From positions 1 through 63,648 of the forward strand of contig CADBIO010000004.1 of the NCBI GenBank assembly GCA_902794835.1: a DNA stretch of 63,648 nt, written 5' to 3'. Below the pieces are notes generated by a model. That model ran no database searches and was not told the origin of the DNA. It saw only the letters and a program-made list of their open reading frames with translations. This document shows, piece after piece, positions 10,384-18,766 of the stretch; positions within the stretch are counted from its first letter, which is position 1, and each line of letters begins with the position of its first letter. This stretch comes from an uncultured Erysipelotrichaceae bacterium (GTDB lineage Bacteria; Bacillota_I; Bacilli_A; RFN20; CAG-826). The position numbers were made by a program, and so were the translations under genes.

Positions 10384-11591
10384 ACTACGACCACCTGATG
10401 ATCCATTATGGGGAATTAAGCACCAAAGGGGATAACAAAAAGGCCTTTATCCGCGAACTAGGGAAAAACATCCGCCACGCCTTGAAGGGATTCCCGACCC
10501 TCTCTTTCCGTCATGACCACGACCATACTTACGTCGTTTTAAACGGAGAAGACCCAAAACCTATCATTGAAGCGTTGCAAGAGGTGTCTGGGATTCAGAA
10601 AATCTCTTTGGTCTATCGCAGCGAGAAAGATTTCGCTTCTTTGAAAGAAAACGCTCTCTCTTTGATGAAATCGGAGCAAGGGAAAACTTTCAAAGTCATC
10701 GCCAAAAGAAGCGACAAAACCTATCCTAAGCATTCCTATGAGATCGCTAGAGAATTAGGCGGTTACCTTTTAAAGAATTGTCCTTCTCTTTCCGTAGACG
10801 TCCATCATCCCGATCTTTCCTTGCACGTGGAAATTCGTGACGATGCCGCTTATCTGTATGCCCACACCTATCCTGGCGCCGGAGGATATCCTTTGGGGAT
10901 GAATGGGAAAATCATGATGATGTTAAGCGGTGGTATCGACTCTCCGGTCGCTGCTTATGCTTTCCTTAGAAGAGGAGTGCGCATCGAATGCATTCATTTC
11001 GCCGCCCCACCTTATACCTCGGATGCCGTTTTAGACAAACTCAAAGACATCCTCAGACAATTGAACGTCTATCAGCCTGACATTCGTCTGAATATCGTTC
11101 CCTTCACCAAATTGCAGTTGGCCATTTACCAAAATGTCGATGAGCCATATTGCATCACCATCATGCGGCGAATGATGTTCCGGATCGCCGAACGTCTTGC
11201 CAAACTCCATCATTGCTTGGCGATCGGCTCAGGAGAATCCATCGGCCAAGTCGCCTCCCAGACTTTGGAATCGATGATTGCCATCAATTCTGTTACGAAT
11301 TATCCCATCATCCGCCCGCTTGCCGTCATGGACAAACTGCAAGTCATCCAGCTGGCGGAGAAAATCGGGACTTATGAGATCTCGATTCGTCCTTTTGAAG
11401 ATTGTTGCACGATTTTCAAACCCAAAAAGCCGAAGACCAAGCCGAAGATCTCTGAATGCGAATATTTCGAAAAGAAATTCGCCTGGGAACCATTGGTGGA
11501 TGAATGCGTTCGTAATGTCTCTGTCATCATCATGAAAGAAGGGGAAGAGGCTTATTACGAACACGATGATCTTCAGGAAGGAAGAGAATAA
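10380..11591 (+). CDS. thiI: tRNA 4-thiouridine(8) synthase ThiI (no rhodanese domain)
   Basis: 403 aa; PP-loop MMLSGGIDSPVAAY; THUMP-type N-terminus; translationally coupled to the cysteine desulfurase. Confidence 0.92.
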   Translation: MNYDHLMIHYGELSTKGDNKKAFIRELGKNIRHALKGFPTLSFRHDHDHTYVVLNGEDPKPIIEALQEVSGIQKISLVYRSEKDFASLKENALSLMKSEQGKTFKVIAKRSDKTYPKHSYEIARELGGYLLKNCPSLSVDVHHPDLSLHVEIRDDAAYLYAHTYPGAGGYPLGMNGKIMMMLSGGIDSPVAAYAFLRRGVRIECIHFAAPPYTSDAVLDKLKDILRQLNVYQPDIRLNIVPFTKLQLAIYQNVDEPYCITIMRRMMFRIAERLAKLHHCLAIGSGESIGQVASQTLESMIAINSVTNYPIIRPLAVMDKLQVIQLAEKIGTYEISIRPFEDCCTIFKPKKPKTKPKISECEYFEKKFAWEPLVDECVRNVSVIIMKEGEEAYYEHDDLQEGRE

Positions 11592-11626
11592 AAAGAAAAA
11601 ACTCCGATTGAATCGGAGTTTTTGTT
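11592..11626. terminator. Bidirectional intrinsic terminator (thiI / rplT)
   Basis: A-run, then AACTCCGATT g AATCGGAGTT (11600-11620), then T-run. Confidence 0.8.
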
Positions 11627-11642
11627 TGCGTTCAAGAACGAT

Positions 11643-12017
11643 TTAGGCTAACGCTTTCTTAGCGATATCGCAAAGATTGGCGAACGCCTTAGGATCATGG
11701 ATGGCCATTTCGCTTAACATCTTTCTGTTAAGGCCGGTGCCTTCTTTGGAGATGACGCCAGCTTTGGTCAAACCATTGATGAATTTGGAATAAGAGATGC
11801 CATTTAATCGGCAACCAGCGTTGATACGCTTGATCCAGAGCTTGCGGAAATCGGATTTACGATCGCGTCTGGCGATGTAAGCATACATATAGCCGTGAAG
11901 AACTTGTTCTTTCGCGGTCTTGAAGAGAAGGTGCTTCGAACCAAAATAGCCTTCTGCTTTCTTCAAAATTCTTTTGCGACGTGCGCGGGTAACGGTACCA
12001 CCCTTAACTCTTGCCAT
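11643..12017 (-). CDS. rplT: 50S ribosomal protein L20
   Basis: [26 protein letters not shown]... Confidence 0.97.
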   Translation of the reverse strand: MARVKGGTVTRARRKRILKKAEGYFGSKHLLFKTAKEQVLHGYMYAYIARRDRKSDFRKLWIKRINAGCRLNGISYSKFINGLTKAGVISKEGTGLNRKMLSEMAIHDPKAFANLCDIAKKALA

Positions 12018-12035
12018 AGTCTAGATTCTCCTTGC

Positions 12036-12230
12036 TTATTTCGAAACCCATTCCTTGATCGTTCTCTCGTCGTGTTTCGCGAGATAATAGGCTTGGGCGA
12101 GATGCTTTCTTTGCTTTCTCGTTTTTCTTGGTGCTAAATGGCCCATTCCTGCGTGGTGGACCTTCACTTTGCCAGTACCGGTGAATTTAACACGCTTCGC
12201 CATGGTACGGCTGGTCTTCATTTTCGGCAT
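12036..12230 (-). CDS. rpmI: 50S ribosomal protein L35
   Basis: MPKMKTSRTMAKRVKFTGTGKVKVHHAGMGH...; 64 aa starting at the in-frame ATG at 12230. The longer track ORF would run into infC. Confidence 0.93.
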   Translation of the reverse strand: MPKMKTSRTMAKRVKFTGTGKVKVHHAGMGHLAPRKTRKQRKHLAQAYYLAKHDERTIKEWVSK

Positions 12231-12241
12231 GATTTTTCTCC

Positions 12242-12793
12242 TTATTGCTGTTTCTTCTTGATCGGCGCAAGGATTTCCTTGTACCACTTACCTTCCCAAT
12301 ATGGGGCTTTGTCGACAGACGCGACATCAGCGAGAATCTCGTTGAAGTGTTGCATGACTTCTTCGCCGATTTCCAGGTGAGACATCTGTCTTCCACGGAA
12401 AACGACACAAACTTCGACCCGATCGCCTTTTTCCAGGAATTCTCTGCCTTTGCGGGCTTTGGTTTCCAAATCGTGCGTTCCAATCTGTGGAGTCAGCTGA
12501 ATTTGCTTCAATTCTTGGACTTTCTGATTCTTCTTCTTGAGCTTGTCTTGTTTTTGCTTCTCGAAGCGAAGTTTTCCATAATTGCAGATGCGGCATACTG
12601 GCGGATTGGCATTAGGGGCGACACAATAAAGGTCAAGTTGATAGCTCATCGCGAGGCTGTTAGCTTCGCGGGAAGTCATGATTCCTAATTGTTCACCTTC
12701 TGGGCCAATGACGCGAACTTGCGGATAACGCACGTTCTCATTGATTGGATCGTGTCTTTTCTCAGGACGGCGATTGTTATTGTTGTAAGCGAT
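12242..12793 (-). CDS. infC: Translation initiation factor IF-3, probable non-AUG (ATC) start
   Basis: ...INENVRYPQVRVIGPEGEQLGIM... SD GGAGG (12807-12803) lies 9 nt before the in-frame ATC at 12793. The track N-terminal extension to 12844 runs through the leader terminator hairpin. Confidence 0.85.
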   Translation of the reverse strand: MAYNNNNRRPEKRHDPINENVRYPQVRVIGPEGEQLGIMTSREANSLAMSYQLDLYCVAPNANPPVCRICNYGKLRFEKQKQDKLKKKNQKVQELKQIQLTPQIGTHDLETKARKGREFLEKGDRVEVCVVFRGRQMSHLEIGEEVMQHFNEILADVASVDKAPYWEGKWYKEILAPIKKKQQ

Positions 12794-12960
12794 AGTTGGT
12801 ATCCTCCCTTGGAAACAAAATAGCGTGGCATTCTTACCACGCACGCATTAACCTTTTAGGTTCATTGGTTGTAGCGTCAGCCGATTTCCTTAGGAAGTCC
12901 GGCGAGTTCGTGGAAGAACTGCTTTCTACTTTATTTACGTGAATAATTATCCACGTTTCT
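12794..12960 (-). promoter_or_regulatory. infC-rpmI-rplT 5' leader with terminator hairpin (candidate L20 leader / attenuator)
   Basis: Minus-strand RNA contains GCGUGG-UAAGAAU-GCCACGC followed by UAUUUUGUUU (plus coordinates about 12812-12842), just upstream of the infC SD. The leader upstream is structured. Confidence 0.55.
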
Positions 12961-13208
12961 TTTCTCTTTGCAACAGAAATTTTCCTTTTTCTCCGAAACC
13001 CTTCCCTTTTAGAAAAGGAAAACGAAAAGAAATCTTCGCCAAAAAATTTTCTATCGACGAATATTATCCTTATTTTTAGGTAACAAAACTATTCGATAAA
13101 AAGGCATTTAATCAACAATGCAACCCATAGGAATTGATTTTCGGAAACGGTCCAAGAATTTGCATTTTTTCGATGAAATCTTAATAATATTCTTAACGAG
13201 GTTAAATA

Positions 13209-13706
13209 ATGGCGATACATTATGCTGTTTATGACACTTTGATCAATGACGTTACCTTGCTCGCCAACGAACGTTCTTTGATTGGAATGCTTTTTGGGGC
13301 AAATGACCCTTTGGGTGCAGAAAATGAAGAAAATCTATGCCTTTACGATGCCATCTGCCAGCTCAATCAATATTTCTTTGGCCAATTGAAACAATTTCAT
13401 GTCCGCCTCTTTTACACAGGATCGGACTTTGACATGAAAGTCTATAATTACGTTTGCACCATTCCTTATGGGCACACGAAAACCTTTGAAGAAGTGGCTG
13501 AAGCCATCGGAGAACCCAATGCCGCGAAAGCCGTGGCCAACGCCTTAAGCCATAACCCAATCCCGATCTTTATCCCTGACCATCGTGTCATCGGCAAAGG
13601 AGGGAATCTCGTCACTTATTGTGGGCCTCTTGAGCTGAAAAAAGCCTTATTGGAATTAGAAAGCAAACACTCCGAAGATATCTTCATCCCAAAAGGACAA
13701 AATTAG
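13209..13706 (+). CDS. Methylated-DNA-protein-cysteine methyltransferase homolog with Cys-to-Asp active site (alkyltransferase-like)
   Basis: TFEEVAEAIGEPNAAKAVANALSHNPIPIFIPDHRVIGKGGNLVTYCG is the Ogt/Ada C-domain signature, but PCHRV is replaced by PDHRV (CCT GAC CAT CGT GTC, within 13561-13600). Confidence 0.8.
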   Translation: MAIHYAVYDTLINDVTLLANERSLIGMLFGANDPLGAENEENLCLYDAICQLNQYFFGQLKQFHVRLFYTGSDFDMKVYNYVCTIPYGHTKTFEEVAEAIGEPNAAKAVANALSHNPIPIFIPDHRVIGKGGNLVTYCGPLELKKALLELESKHSEDIFIPKGQN

Positions 13707-13715
13707 GCCATATCA

Positions 13716-13750
13716 CAAAAAGGTCCGACTGAATCGGACCTTTTCTTTTA
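13716..13750. terminator. Bidirectional intrinsic terminator (ogt-like / thrS)
   Basis: AAAAA, then GGTCCGA CTGAA TCGGACC (13722-13740), then TTTTCTTTT. Confidence 0.8.
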
Positions 13751-13757
13751 TTTTCCC

Positions 13758-15659
13758 TCAATAACGGGCTTTGGTGTCGATGGAATGATGGATGAGTTTA
13801 ACGAATTCTTCCAAAGAGACGGTGATTTGCTTTGGCGAGCCATAGACACGATAAGTGACCGTACGGTCTTTGACTTCGTTTTCCCCGACAACAAGGGTGA
13901 ATGGGATCTTATTGATTTGAGAATTACGGAGACGATAGCCAAGCTTATCTTCCGATTCATCCACCTTGACACGGATGCCTTCGTTAAAGAGCCTTTCATA
14001 GACTTCGTGGGCATATTCCCCATGGTTGAGGTTGGAGACAGGGAGGATGTTGACTTGAACTGGGGCCAACCAGGTCGGGAAGGCGCCGCCATAATTTTCG
14101 ATGATGATCCCGAGGAATCGCTCAATCGAGCCAAAGACGACACGGTGAAGCATGATTGGCTCTTTCTTTTCGCCATCTTTATCCACATAGGTGCAGCCGA
14201 AGCGGTGCGGGAGGTTGACATCTAATTGAATTGTCCCACATTGCCAGGTTCTACCCATCGAATCACGGAGCTTGAAGTCAAGTTTTGGACCATAGAAAGC
14301 CCCATCGCCGGCGTTGATTTGATATTCATGGCCGGAATCTTTGCAAGCCTCAGCCAAAGCAGCTTCGCTCTTTTCCCAGAATTCTGGGTTTCCAATATAA
14401 TCGTCCGGTCTGGTAGAAAGGACGATCTTATAGGATAGGCCAAAGACTTCATAGACCTCGTCGAAGAGTCTCATGATGTTCTTGACCTCTTCTTCGATTT
14501 GATCTGGCCTAACGAAGATATGGGCATCATCCTGAGTGAAGGCACGGACACGGAATAAACCGTTTAAGGCACCTGAGGCCTCATGACGATGGACGTGGCC
14601 TAATTCAGCATAACGGAGCGGAAGCTCACGATAAGAATGGATTGCGGATTGATAAGAAAGGATCGCGCCTGGGCAATTCATCGGCTTGATCGCAAAATCC
14701 TTCTCGTCGATCTTGGTCGTGTACATGTTTTCTTTGTAATGATCCCAATGGCCGGAAGTCTCCCAAAGCTCACGGGAAAGCATCGTTGGGGTTTCGATTT
14801 CCTGATAGCCATAGCGGCGGTGGATGCCTCTCCAATAATCAAGCAAGGCGTTTTTCACGATCATCCCATTAGGCAGGAAGAACGGGAATCCTGGGCCATA
14901 GTCGGAAATAAAGAACAACGACAGTTCACGGCCTAATCTGCGGTGGTCGTTGGCTTTGCGTCTCTCTAAGACTTCAAGATGTTCTTTGAGTTCTTCCTCG
15001 CTCCACCAAGAAGTGCCGTAAATGCGGGTCAATTGTTTGTTTTTGGAATCGCCTCTCCAATAAGCGCCAGCCACGGAAAGCAATTTGAAATGCTTGATCA
15101 TTCCCGTCGAAGGGAGATGAGGCCCACGGCAGAAATCGATGAACTCGCCTTGTTGGTAGCAAGAGAGGCTTTCTTCTTGATGCTCGTTGATTAATTCTTG
15201 TTTGTAAGGGTTGGAATGGAATTTGACGCGCGCTTCTTCGGCGTTTAATTCCGAACGTAAATAAGGGCTGTTTTCTTTGGCGCAGCGCTTCATCTCCGCC
15301 TCGATGGCAGGGAAGTCGGCTTCAGTGATCGTCTTATCGCCGAAATCAACGTCATAATAGAACCCTTCTTCGATGGCTGGCCCATAGCCAAATTGGCAAT
15401 CGGGGTAAAGTCTCTTCAATGCCTGGGCCATCAAATGAGAAGTGGAATGGTTAAGGATCTCAAATGCCTCAGGAGAGCCAATTTTGACAAATTCAATTCT
15501 CTCACCCTCATGCAAAGGGCTTCTCAGATCCAATAATTTGCCCTCGGATTTGATGGCGATGTCCTTGTTTTTCTCTTCGGCATCTAGGATTTTTGCCGCG
15601 ACGAAGCCGTTGGCGCCATCTTCCAATTCGACTTCTTTTTCTTGATAAATCACCTTCAT
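13758..15659 (-). CDS. thrS: Threonine--tRNA ligase
   Basis: Starts MKVIYQEKEV at ATG 15659 (SD AGAGGA). Class II motifs FRVRAFTQDDAHIF and GSIERFLGIIIEN. The longer track ORF would read through the T-box terminator. Confidence 0.95.
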   Translation of the reverse strand: MKVIYQEKEVELEDGANGFVAAKILDAEEKNKDIAIKSEGKLLDLRSPLHEGERIEFVKIGSPEAFEILNHSTSHLMAQALKRLYPDCQFGYGPAIEEGFYYDVDFGDKTITEADFPAIEAEMKRCAKENSPYLRSELNAEEARVKFHSNPYKQELINEHQEESLSCYQQGEFIDFCRGPHLPSTGMIKHFKLLSVAGAYWRGDSKNKQLTRIYGTSWWSEEELKEHLEVLERRKANDHRRLGRELSLFFISDYGPGFPFFLPNGMIVKNALLDYWRGIHRRYGYQEIETPTMLSRELWETSGHWDHYKENMYTTKIDEKDFAIKPMNCPGAILSYQSAIHSYRELPLRYAELGHVHRHEASGALNGLFRVRAFTQDDAHIFVRPDQIEEEVKNIMRLFDEVYEVFGLSYKIVLSTRPDDYIGNPEFWEKSEAALAEACKDSGHEYQINAGDGAFYGPKLDFKLRDSMGRTWQCGTIQLDVNLPHRFGCTYVDKDGEKKEPIMLHRVVFGSIERFLGIIIENYGGAFPTWLAPVQVNILPVSNLNHGEYAHEVYERLFNEGIRVKVDESEDKLGYRLRNSQINKIPFTLVVGENEVKDRTVTYRVYGSPKQITVSLEEFVKLIHHSIDTKARY

Positions 15660-15900
15660 ATCGGTTTCCTCTTTCCGGGCGAAGAAAATAAAAAACGCCC
15701 TTAAACGAAGGACGCTTCCGCGTGGTACCACCTTGTTTCTTTCCTCTTAAAAAGAAGAAAGCACTCTCCCGCTGTAACGTAGCTAGGTCTCGCCTGACTC
15801 ATCGCCAGGAGCTCAGGAGTGGTACTTCTTATGCCTATAGGCATTTAAGCATGTCTCCGTCAATGCCCTTTCATTTTAGAAGAGTTAAAAAGAATTGCAA
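15660..15900 (-). promoter_or_regulatory. T-box riboswitch leader (Thr) with promoter and terminator
   Basis: On the minus strand: TTGCAA (15900-15895), 16 nt, TAAAAT (15878-15873). Candidate specifier GAAGU-ACC-A. The T-box sequence AAGGUGGUACCACGCGG is at plus 15718-15735. Terminator GCGUCCUU-CGUUU-AAGGGCGU plus a U-run is at plus about 15685-15717. Confidence 0.85.
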
Positions 15901-16061
15901 GCAAAAGACGAGGGAAAGTAGAAAAAGTGTAGTGTTAAAAGGTTAATCGTTTCTTTAACGTCAAGACAATAACGTAAAACGAACGGGCTGTGGTGCAAGT
16001 CTTTTCGGCAATCGGAAAAACGATTGTTCTAGTCACCAAATCAATCATTCGGTTGTCCTAT

Positions 16062-16087
16062 CAAAAAAAGCCCCAAATCAATGGGGC
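16062..16087 (-). terminator. Intrinsic terminator after pyk
   Basis: On the minus strand: GCCCCA TTGATT TGGGGC followed by TTTTTTT. Confidence 0.8.
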
Positions 16088-16095
16088 AAGAGGTT

Positions 16096-17547
16096 TTATT
16101 CAAAATCTTTGATGACCGGGGTTTGGACGATACGCATGAAGTTGGTCTTTCCCGCTCCCGTTGGGGTGCCACCGGCGATGATGATTTGGCTTCCTGGCAT
16201 GACGCCTAAATCTCTGGCTAGTTTCAAGGCAATCGCCTCCATCTCTTCGATGAAGTCAGGCATCGTTGTTGGAATCAAATGAGCATAAACGCCCCATAAC
16301 CAGCCACTTTCAAGGGCTACTTGACGATTGCAGGTGATGGAGATGATAGGGCAGCATGGACGGGCTTTGGAAATCCGCTTGGTGCTGCGCCCAGTCTGGG
16401 TGAAATTGAAAATTAGCTTGGCGTTGATCAATAAAGCCGTATTGGCAATGGAATTGGCAATCGCGTCATTGACGGTATGATCAGAGACGTCATAAGCCTC
16501 TTTAGCCATATTTTCGTAAGGAAGCTCGCTTTCCATGGCCTTGGCGATATTGGCTTGCATCGTGACGGATTCGACGGGGTACAAACCAGAAGCAGATTCG
16601 CCAGAAAGCATCACGCAGTCGCTGGATTCGTCAATGGCGGTGGCCACATCGGAAACTTCTGCGCGAGTTGGCCTCGGGTGAGTGGTCATCGAATCTAACA
16701 TCTGAGTTGCCGTGATGACCGGTTTCCCCGCGCGACGGCAGAGTTTGATGATTCTTCGCTGGACAAGAGGGACTTGCTCTGGCGGGATTTCATCTCCCAA
16801 ATCGCCGCGGGCGACCATAATGCCATCGGCTTCTTTGATGATTTCCTCGATTTTTCTCACGCCTTCCGGGTTCTCGATTTTCGCGAAGATCGGAATATCC
16901 GGGTTCCCGAATTTCGCCAAGACGGCACGCATGTCACGGATATCTTCAGGACGGCGGACAAAGGAAGCGAAAATCCCATCGACATCATTTTCAGCTCCGA
17001 ATTGAAGATCTTTCTCATCTTGCTCGGAAATAAAAGGAACGGAAACGTCATCTTCGGGGATATTCATCCCCTTGCGGTCGGAGATGTAGTGGTTGTTTTG
17101 CGCTTCGACGATGACCTCGTGGGTTTTCTCGTCTTTTTCGATGCATTTAAGGATCAAATTGCCATCATCGACCAAAATCATATGGCCAATTTGAATGTCA
17201 TCATATAAACCGGCATAAGAACAGGAGAAACGTTCCGCCGTGCCAAGGATTTTTTCGGAAGTGATGCGAATGATCTGCCCTTTCTTGACTGGCACTTTTC
17301 CCCCTTCCATCATTCCGGTACGGATTTCTGGGCCTTTGGTGTCCAAACAAACCGGGATGTAGATCCCGTATTTCTCTTCAAAGGAGCGGGCAATCTGGAG
17401 TTTGCTCAATTGCTGTTCATGGGTGCCATGGGAAAAATTGATGCGGATGACGTTCATCCCTGCCTGATAGAGCTTGTACATCATTTCCGGGGTGTCGGAC
17501 GCTGGCCCGATGGTACAGACGATTTTCGTTTTCTTCATGTTGAACAT
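16096..17547 (-). CDS. pyk: Pyruvate kinase
   Basis: KTKIVCTIGPAS, NFSHG, DTKGPEIRTG, MVARGDLG; 483 aa. Confidence 0.96.
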   Translation of the reverse strand: MFNMKKTKIVCTIGPASDTPEMMYKLYQAGMNVIRINFSHGTHEQQLSKLQIARSFEEKYGIYIPVCLDTKGPEIRTGMMEGGKVPVKKGQIIRITSEKILGTAERFSCSYAGLYDDIQIGHMILVDDGNLILKCIEKDEKTHEVIVEAQNNHYISDRKGMNIPEDDVSVPFISEQDEKDLQFGAENDVDGIFASFVRRPEDIRDMRAVLAKFGNPDIPIFAKIENPEGVRKIEEIIKEADGIMVARGDLGDEIPPEQVPLVQRRIIKLCRRAGKPVITATQMLDSMTTHPRPTRAEVSDVATAIDESSDCVMLSGESASGLYPVESVTMQANIAKAMESELPYENMAKEAYDVSDHTVNDAIANSIANTALLINAKLIFNFTQTGRSTKRISKARPCCPIISITCNRQVALESGWLWGVYAHLIPTTMPDFIEEMEAIALKLARDLGVMPGSQIIIAGGTPTGAGKTNFMRIVQTPVIKDFE

Positions 17548-17561
17548 ATGGATCGTTCTCC

Positions 17562-18530
17562 TTATTTATTGATCTGCTTGACGATAGTGATCATCGAATC
17601 GTCGCGCTTTTTCTTCATGGCCAAGGCTTTGCTGATTTCATAATCGACTAGGGTATTGCCTCGCACTCCGACGCAGATTCCCCCTTTGCCGGCGATTAAT
17701 TGATCCACGGCATAGGCTCCCATTCTCCCTGCCAAGACCCGGTCGAAAGTGGAAGGGGAGCCACCGCGCTGAATATAGCCAAGGGTGGTTGCTCTTGTAT
17801 TAAATCCCGTCTCCTTCTCGACTTTTTTGGCGAATTCATGAATATCGGGATAGATTTTCTCGGATACGATGACGATAGCCCGACGATTCACATCTTTTTC
17901 TCTCATTTTACGAAGGGTGGAGAAAAGTTCCTCATCGCTCATCCTAAAATCTGGGGTGATGATGATTTCCGCGCCTTCCGCGATCCCAGAATAGAGGGCC
18001 AAATCCCCGCAATGATTGCCCATGACTTCAACGATGGAACAACGAGAATGAGATTCGGTGGTATCACGGATTTTATCCACGGCATCGATGATGGTGTTCA
18101 ACGCCGTATCAAAGCCGATCGTATAATCGGTGGAGCCGATGTCATTGTCGATTGTGCCTGGCAAAGCAACGCAGTTGATGCCAAGTTCGCTTAAGGCTTT
18201 CGCCCCTCGATAAGTGCCATCCCCACCGATGACAACCAAAGCCTCGATCCCCTGTCTTTGAAGGATTTCCACGGCCTTGAATTGAATTTCTTTCTCACAG
18301 AATTCGGGAAGTCTGGCGGTTTTGAGAATCGTCCCGCCGCGATTGACGATATCCGAGACAGAAGAACGGTCCATCGGGACGATTTCGTTTTGAATCAATC
18401 CACGATAGCCATTATAGATGCCATAAGGTTCCAACCCATAAGAAAGGGCAGAACGGACGACAGCACGAATGGCTGCATTCATTCCTGGGGCATCTCCGCC
18501 AGAAGTCAATATCCCGATTCTTTTGATCAT
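17562..18530 (-). CDS. pfkA: ATP-dependent 6-phosphofructokinase
   Basis: IGILTSGGDAPGMNAAIRAVV, GGDGTYRGA, PGTIDNDI, MGNHCGDLAL; the pfkA-pyk operon order is typical of Bacillota. Confidence 0.96.
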   Translation of the reverse strand: MIKRIGILTSGGDAPGMNAAIRAVVRSALSYGLEPYGIYNGYRGLIQNEIVPMDRSSVSDIVNRGGTILKTARLPEFCEKEIQFKAVEILQRQGIEALVVIGGDGTYRGAKALSELGINCVALPGTIDNDIGSTDYTIGFDTALNTIIDAVDKIRDTTESHSRCSIVEVMGNHCGDLALYSGIAEGAEIIITPDFRMSDEELFSTLRKMREKDVNRRAIVIVSEKIYPDIHEFAKKVEKETGFNTRATTLGYIQRGGSPSTFDRVLAGRMGAYAVDQLIAGKGGICVGVRGNTLVDYEISKALAMKKKRDDSMITIVKQINK

Positions 18531-18611
18531 ACCAAAATTCCTACCTCTAGATTATAAGCCTCTCGTTGTCAAACCGACATAAAAAACGCCAATTCTTTCA
18601 AGATTGAAAGT

Positions 18612-18695
18612 TGTGGAAAAAAATTCGTTTTCGGTGGAGAAAATTAAATTCTTCACATTTTGTCTAGATTTTTCTTCTCTTACCATTGTGGAAAA
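18612..18695. promoter_or_regulatory. Two DnaA-box-like sites upstream of dnaB
   Basis: TGTGGAAAA occurs at 18612-18620 and 18687-18695. Its reverse complement TTTTCCACA is one mismatch from TTATCCACA. Both have the same orientation in the pfkA/dnaB divergent intergenic region. Confidence 0.3.
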
Positions 18696-18766
18696 CTACG
18701 AAAAATATAGATTTTATCGAATCAATATCTATAAAATTCTAACTTCTATGCTAGAATAAATAGGCT

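Noticed and set aside
12187-12688. Several 89-147-aa ORFs overlapping infC/rpmI in other frames and on the other strand
   Set aside because: They overlap highly conserved IF-3/L35 coding sequence, and their products are low-complexity. They are shadow ORFs.
13748-14225. 157-aa and 146-aa ORFs inside thrS
   Set aside because: They are alternative-frame or antisense ORFs within a well-supported aminoacyl-tRNA synthetase gene.
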